A DNA stretch of 62,352 bases, filler included. It is 10 parts of 10 records of this genome, joined end to end, with 100 filler letters (N's around TTAATTAATTAA, not from the genome) between each part and the next. Parts side by side here need not be neighbours in the genome. Positions count along the whole stretch, not along the records: positions 51,266 to 58,751 come from SRR7504441_4401; positions 58,852 to 62,352 come from SRR7504441_4403; 8 more parts are not named here. The stretch is one strand, 5' to 3'. The notes below the pieces were generated by a model. That model had not been told where the DNA came from and made no database searches. It saw only the letters and a list, made by a program, of their open reading frames with translations. Made by a program: the position numbers and the translations under genes. How positions within the stretch are numbered: position 1 is the stretch's first letter; each line of letters opens with the position of its first letter. This document shows, in pieces, positions 56,605 through 62,352 of this stretch.

Positions 56605-58002
56605 TTATTGTTGGGCACACGAGCTGCCGCCCTTGCTCTTCTTGTCTTTATGCTTTCTTGGCTTACTTGCGACGCCAAAAACTCGCGCCCTGCATTGGCC
56701 TCTCTCGTACATGATCTCGGCTTGCTCTTCCTCCTTCTCCTCGTACTGCTGCTTGGCAGCCTCCCACGCCCGACGCGCCTCCAAGTACACTTTTTCCAAT
56801 TCGGCTATGCTCGCCTGAGTTGCCCGGCACTTGAGTTCGGCCTCTCTGAGTTGCTCTGCTGCCTCATTGGCAGGGTCTAGCCGCACTGCCCCCCCAGTCA
56901 GCACGCTGCGCTGCCGCCAAGCGGGCCTGCGTGCAGTGAGAAGCTAGCCTTGGACAGGAAGTTGTCGCCGTATACTGCTAGAAGGTGTTCACCCGGCCCG
57001 ATCTCCTGCACCGGGCAGCGTGCCACCTGCTCGGGCTCAGCCGCATTGGGCCAGCCGACCACCTTGTCAAAGCTCCGGAATAACGCGATGGATGGATCTT
57101 CAAGCATGAGAGGGTTGGTGGGCTTGTCGAACTCGAGCAAATCAAACGGAGCGCAGATCTAGCCGAACAGAAAACCATCACGAGAGCCCAACCCCGCCTG
57201 AGTCACCATCTCGGCAACTGGCTTCTCAGTTTTGGATTTCTGGTGGTGGCAATTAGGTTGTGCGTCAACCTGCCAGCGCGGCTCCCCATCGCTATCGAAG
57301 AGCAGCAGCTTGAGCCGATCGCTGGCCACAGTGGACCTACCCCTGGCTCTGCCCTGGCACTGCAAGCCAGCCACCAGGCTCGGATCGCTATCCCAGCCCT
57401 GGACTCGGCTTCAGTCACTGCCAGCTTGAAAAACTTGGCCTGGCCTTTACCCACCACCGCCTCCACCGGGCTGTCGAACTCCAGCCGCTTAGCTTTGCCC
57501 CCGCCCTCGATGGCCTGGTCCAGCACCTGCTCCGCCGCTGGCTCCCCAACGCCGCCGGCAGCCCGCACCCGGGGGGAGACTGCAGTCGGCAAACTCAGTC
57601 CCAGCGCCCCAAACATGCCGCCCAGCATGCCCCCCATCATCCCGAAATCATCCACCGAAACACCCTGCCCGCCACTGCCCCCCGGCCAGACCGGCGACGC
57701 CACCGCCATCGCCTCCTCCAGATCCACTGCGCCCACACCGCCCGCATCGTACGCTGCCCGCCGCTGAGGATCGGACAGGATCGCGTCTGCCGCCCAGCTC
57801 GGCCGGCAGGGCAGCCGGCGGGGTCACAGGCGAGCGAGATCTGCTTGAACACCTCCTCGTCGCCGCCCCGGTCTGGGTGCCACTCCATCGCCAGGCGGCG
57901 GTAGGCTTGCTTGATCTCAGCCTCAGTTGCTAGCTTGTCCAGCCCGAGAGTCTCGTACGGGCTCTTCTGCAGCGTGGCGCCCTCGCTCCGGTTCACGCTC
58001 AT
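56605..58002 (-). CDS. J-domain co-chaperone of the ARG1/ARL (plant DnaJ15/16) type, multi-exon, C-terminal CAQQ
   Basis: PYETLG..HPD; then MFGALG..LPTAVS, LKLLLFD and [10 protein letters not shown] blocks typical of ARG1-like proteins; coiled-coil tail. Confidence 0.82.
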
Positions 58003-58433
58003 CCTCGGTTCAGCGTGGCGCCCTGCTACGGTCCGGGTCGGCAACGAAAGTCCACCGTATACGGGTAGTTGTGCTTACCACCAAGTACTTTAGTAGTACT
58101 GACTCTCACGGGGTACTCACAGGGTGTCAGGATAATAACTCAAGTCCATGATTGTAAGCGTATACAAATCAATAATTCATGTAAGGCGGAGGTGGCCAGG
58201 TGGGTTAAGGTGGGTAGCCCATGCGCTTACATGTACATGTGACATTAGCAATGTGCCAATCAAATTTTGAAAAAGATCTCGATGTAGTAGACAATGAGTC
58301 AATGCGTGTAAAAGTCGTGTGTCGTGTCGTCGCAATCGTGGTGTGGTTGAGACAAGCCATGAGTTACGCCAATTCAATTCAGAGAGCTTCAGAGCAAGAG
58401 ACAAGCCATTCCACCTTCTCCGAGAGCGTTTTG

Positions 58434-58556
58434 GTACCAGGTACTACTACGTACAGTACTTGTACAATCATACGTACTTTAGTAGTACCAGGTACGGCTA
58501 TACAACGCGTATAGATCCCAGGCCACAATTCATAACCGGATACCGGTACCAGGTAC
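58434..58556. repeat. Three copies of the interrupted palindrome GTACCAGGTAC in an intergenic region
   Basis: Copies at 58434-58444, 58485-58495 and 58546-58556; TACAACGCGTA also occurs twice. Confidence 0.7.
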
Positions 58557-58572
58557 AACGCGTAGATTTATA

Positions 58573-58740
58573 CTGTCCGAGCTGTGGCTGGCCGGCGCAG
58601 AGATCAAGGCTGTCCAGCTGATCGAGACCAACGGAGTCACCGTCTTTGAGCTCACGACGGGACAGAAGCCCAGGACTATCAAGACAGCGCTGTCCGCCCC
58701 TGCGCTCTCCGAGCAGCAGCTAGGCGCAACACATTCCTGA
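58573..58740 (+). mobile_element. Possible LTR-retrotransposon integrase remnant
   Basis: Startless frame ...NGVTVFELTTGQKPRT resembles the G.[ST]PFEL..G..PR block after the Ty3/gypsy integrase core. Confidence 0.25.
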
Positions 58741-58751
58741 CGAGCAGAGCC

Positions 58752-58851
58752 NNNNNNNNNNNNNNNNNNNNNNNNNNNNNNNNNNNNNNNNNNNNTTAAT
58801 TAATTAANNNNNNNNNNNNNNNNNNNNNNNNNNNNNNNNNNNNNNNNNNNN
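58752..58851. other. Artificial contig linker
   Basis: N-run/TTAATTAATTAA/N-run. Confidence 0.97.
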
Positions 58852-58852
58852 C

Positions 58853-61800
58853 CAGACAGGCTCCACTGCTGCGGATTTGGCTGCTGGCTCGCCAGGCAGC
58901 AGCGAGGGATGGCACGACCCAGGCAGCTGTCCCAACAGCCCTGAGACCGACCAAGTACGCAGTCGCAGCCCGGTGTCGGTTCGTCGGCTGTTCCCAGACA
59001 GAGCTGATCCCACGAAGGCTGCTACGCTGGGTTCTGCTGTTGAGCAGTCAGTGGAGCTGGAGAAAGTGAGGATGGCAAAGAGTGAGCTGGAGGCAAAGGT
59101 GAACGAACTTGAAGCAGAGGTGGCGCAGGCATACGACGCAGTGGCCGAACTTGAGAGCGACCTGGAGGAAGCTGAGTCTGGGTTCGAGGTAGACCGGATC
59201 ACGAACGAGACGATGTTGCAACTGCTCAGGGATCAAATGGCCGAGTTGGAGTTGAGCAGCAGCAAGCAGGCAGACCAGCACAAGGACGAGCTGAGTCAGG
59301 TAGAGAGGGCGCTGGAGGCAGAGAAGGTGCACAGGGAGCAGGCAGAGACTAAGGCCAGCATGCTCCAGCAGCTGCAGGGCAAGGAGCAGACCATGGATGA
59401 GCTTGAGGCCAGGATGCAGAGCTCACAGATGAGTCGAGACGAGCAAGCTTCTGAGCTCGAGAGCCTCAAGGCAGAGCAGACCAAGACGAGCACCACGATA
59501 CAGGAAGTGAGCAGCCAGGTAGAACAATGGCACTCGGAACAAGAGACTCGGCTGACCACTCTCGAGGTGGAATGCAGGGGCCAGGCCGAGCAGATGAGCA
59601 CTAACGCCATAGAGGAGCTCGAGAAGAGCAGTGTCCTATTGTCTGAACTCGAGGCAGCGCTTGCCAAATCAGAGCGCAAGCGCAAAGAGCTGGAGACTGA
59701 GATGGAATCGACGCGAAATGAGCACCAGCAGACCATGGAGGCGGTTCAGCAGGCTTCGAAGCAGGCGCTCGGGGAGATTTCGCTGGAGTTGGAGCGAGCT
59801 CGTGAGCAGGGCTCGGAGTATGCCAGCCAGATGGAGAGCCTGCAGACCGAAGTCTCACAGCTGCGGTCTATGAGAGATGCAGCCGACGCAGAGGTAGGCA
59901 CGTTGCGTAACTCCAAGAGCAGTGCTGAAAAGGAAGCAGTTCGCCAGTCGCGCCTAGCGGCTGACCTGCAGGCCCAGACTGTCCGGCTAGAGGCGGCTGT
60001 GCAGAGTGCAGAGGCAGAAGCTGCCAATGAACTGCTTCAAGAAATTGCACGGCTGGAGGCCGCCAAGGGCAGTGCTGAGGAAGAGGCTGCCTGTCTGAGG
60101 AAGTCGGGCTCGATGGTAACTGCTCTCAAGGAGGAGGTGAAGGAGCTGCAGAAGGAAATCGAGCAGCTGGAGCGGGCCAAGAGCGACGCACAGGCGGAGG
60201 CAGCAAGCCTTCGCGTGTCTGACTTCGTTGTGGCCGAGTTGCGCGAAGAGGTTGCCCAACTACAAACTGCAAAGGAAAGGGCTGAGGCGGAGACGACTAG
60301 TGTACTTTCGAACGAAACTGAGCTGAGGAAGCGATTTGATGAGCTGGAGGCTGCAAATCAGGGTGCAGAGCAGGAGTTAGCAACCCTCAGAGAGAAGAGT
60401 TGCATAGTTACAGAACTGCGAGAGGAGATAGCTGAGCTCAACACAGCCAAGGCAGCAGCCGAGGCTGAGGCAACCAGCCTTGTGGGAAAATTGCAGGGCG
60501 AGATTACCCGACTGGAGGCAGCTGTGCGCGCTGGAGAGACAGAGGCAGCCAGCTTACGCGAGGCAGCCACCACGGCGAAGGAACTCAAGGAGGAAGAGGT
60601 GGCCGACTTGGAAGGAGCTCTTAAGGACGAGGCAGCCAATCGCCAGGGGGATGTGGACCGGCTGCAGCAGATGCACACTTCAATGCTTGAGAAAATTGAC
60701 GAGCGAGACGAGCAGATAGGTAGGCTGGAAGAGCAGGTGGAGCTCCTGACAAATGAGTCAAATCAATTGGAGGCAGCCAGAACAGCGACCGAACAGGCCA
60801 GAACAGCAACTGAGGCAGAGACAATTAGGGCTGATGGGCTTCAGGAACGAGTGGCGAAACTGGAGCTGCGCGGCCAAGAGCTCGAACGTGAGCTGGAGAG
60901 CGAGGTGGAGCGCGCAGTGGCTGATTTACAGAAGCAGGTGCACCAGCTTGAGCAGGCAAAAACGAGCGCAGAAGCTGAGGCAGCCAGTTTGTCCGAACAA
61001 GTGACTGACATGAATGAACTCCAAGAGATGCGTGTGGCCGCGTTGGAAGGCGCATTGCAAAGCACTCAGGAGCTGGAGGCTGTGCAGGAATCGATGCTTC
61101 AGCAGATCGAAGAGCGCGATAACAAGATTAGCAGGCTTGAGGAACGAGTAGCCAGCCTCGAGCATGAGGCGACAGCTTTAAAGAGTCAGGGTTCGGATCA
61201 GATGCACAAGCAAGTGTCGCACCTGGAAGAGACCTGCGCGCGGGCGGTTCAGGAACTACAGCAAGAAGTCGAACGAATGGAGGCTGCAAAGAATACTGCA
61301 GAAGCTGAAGCAGCCAGCTTGAGAGAGGCAGATTGGCTTTTTGACGCCTTAGCCTTGCCCCAGGATGAAGAGGAATGTATGGATCAGGTGCTGATTGCGG
61401 AGGGCGAGTTGGAGGATGCAGAGAGGAGTGGCAATCCAGCAGCGATTACTGCAGCAGAGGCAGTCCTCAAGCAGAAAGTCGCAGCTGTCAAGGAAAGTGT
61501 GGAGAGGCGCAAGCTGCAAGAAGCAGAGTCTCTTGCATCGACCCAGCACGAGCAAGATTTGCAGCCTGAAGAGAGGCCCGATTCGCCTGTGCAATCAGCG
61601 CTCGAAGACTTCCAAGGCCGCGTACATCCTGAGGAGGCGCTTCTTAGTCCTGGATCCGATCATGCAGGAGCCGGTGGTGAGTCACAGAGTGCAGCCAAGA
61701 CAGAGAAAGCCGAGGCGGCCAAGGCGGGTAAAATGAACATGCTCCGTCAGAAACGGGAAAAACAGCGGCAGCTGCAGAAAGAGGAGGCCGCTGCCCTGCG

Positions 61801-62352
61801 CCAGCAGAGAAAGGAGGCCCGTGAGGCAAATTCTGGCCAGGTCGGAAAGCCCAGGTTCTCGTCAGACGATGTATACACGTCGGTGCCCGTGCTAAGCCAA
61901 AATCAGCCGGCTGTCCAGGACACCTCAGCGCTCGAGGTGCATGCTCTCGATGCGGAGATACTTGAGGCTACAGACGACGCCGAGCTGCCTTCTGGCTCCG
62001 AGCCTGACGCAGTGGTGATCCTCGCAGTGAACGATGAGGTTGACGGCGATGAGTCCAAGTGGCTGCGTGACTGCCCGACCGAGGTCGATGTAGACGAGTT
62101 AGCAGTGGTCGAGTACGAGCATGAGCAGCTGTACTTAGCTGCGCTCAAGACTGGCAACATGGCAGAGATCACCGCAGCTGAGGCGAGGCTCAAGGCGGCT
62201 CAGAGGGCGCACGTGGCGGCGCACGTTGCTCTGCTCGAGGCCGAGGATGGCAGGCGCGGCCATCCCGAGTTGGCCCGTAGAGCAAACCAGAGCTGGCAGC
62301 AGGGCCGCCCGATGACTGGGATCCAACCGGCCCACGGTTTTGGTGATCGAAT
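58853..62352 (+). CDS. Large Glu/Ala-rich coiled-coil protein, partial at both ends (>1100 aa)
   Basis: Frame starting at 58853 appears open to the window end, so it is absent from the ORF track; heptad-rich with degenerate ELREE.A.L..AK..AEAEAASL repeats. Confidence 0.8.

Noticed and set aside
8774-58851. Nine identical TTAATTAATTAA elements within N-runs, as a biological repeat
   Set aside because: The constant 100-nt format with stops in all frames marks an assembly or concatenation linker; ORFs ending in X..LIN are artefacts
595-62335. Numerous long overlapping or antisense Arg/Pro/Ala-rich ORFs
   Set aside because: These are the expected shadow frames of GC-rich coding DNA and show no domain signatures
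1-62352. rRNA, tRNA, snRNA, CRISPR arrays or prokaryotic operons
   Set aside because: None recognisable by eye; a covariance-model search (tRNAscan-SE, Infernal/Rfam) would be needed to exclude small RNAs

Overview
This window is eukaryotic nuclear DNA from a gene-dense protist of undetermined lineage. It consists of 10 contigs joined by artificial 100-nt N/TTAATTAATTAA linkers, so adjacency across gaps is not evidence. About 40 protein-coding genes can be rebuilt by eye once very short introns (mostly 36-48 nt, often GC-AG, with G-rich rather than pyrimidine-rich acceptors) are removed; the ORF track fragments most of them. Recognisable genes include Tousled-like kinase (16 introns), MPP6, GINS1/Psf1, an OS-9-type lectin, DGAT2, FAM151, two TBC Rab-GAPs, a TruA-family pseudouridine synthase, a sulfatase, an SDR and an ARG1-type DnaJ. 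Most genes sit in head-to-head pairs separated by only 29-166 nt, usually with a YAACGG (Myb-like) motif. The best candidates for new biology are: (i) a 56-aa ASDURF-like prefoldin microprotein ORF whose stop overlaps (ATGA) the start of a tandem 2OG-Fe(II) oxygenase, an apparent bicistronic locus with a different partner from the human ASDURF-ASNSD1 locus; (ii) a spliced fusion of a response-regulator receiver to a calcineurin-like phosphoesterase; (iii) the miniature bidirectional promoter architecture; and (iv) the unusual intron system. All exon structures and family calls are manual inferences without database searches or RNA data.
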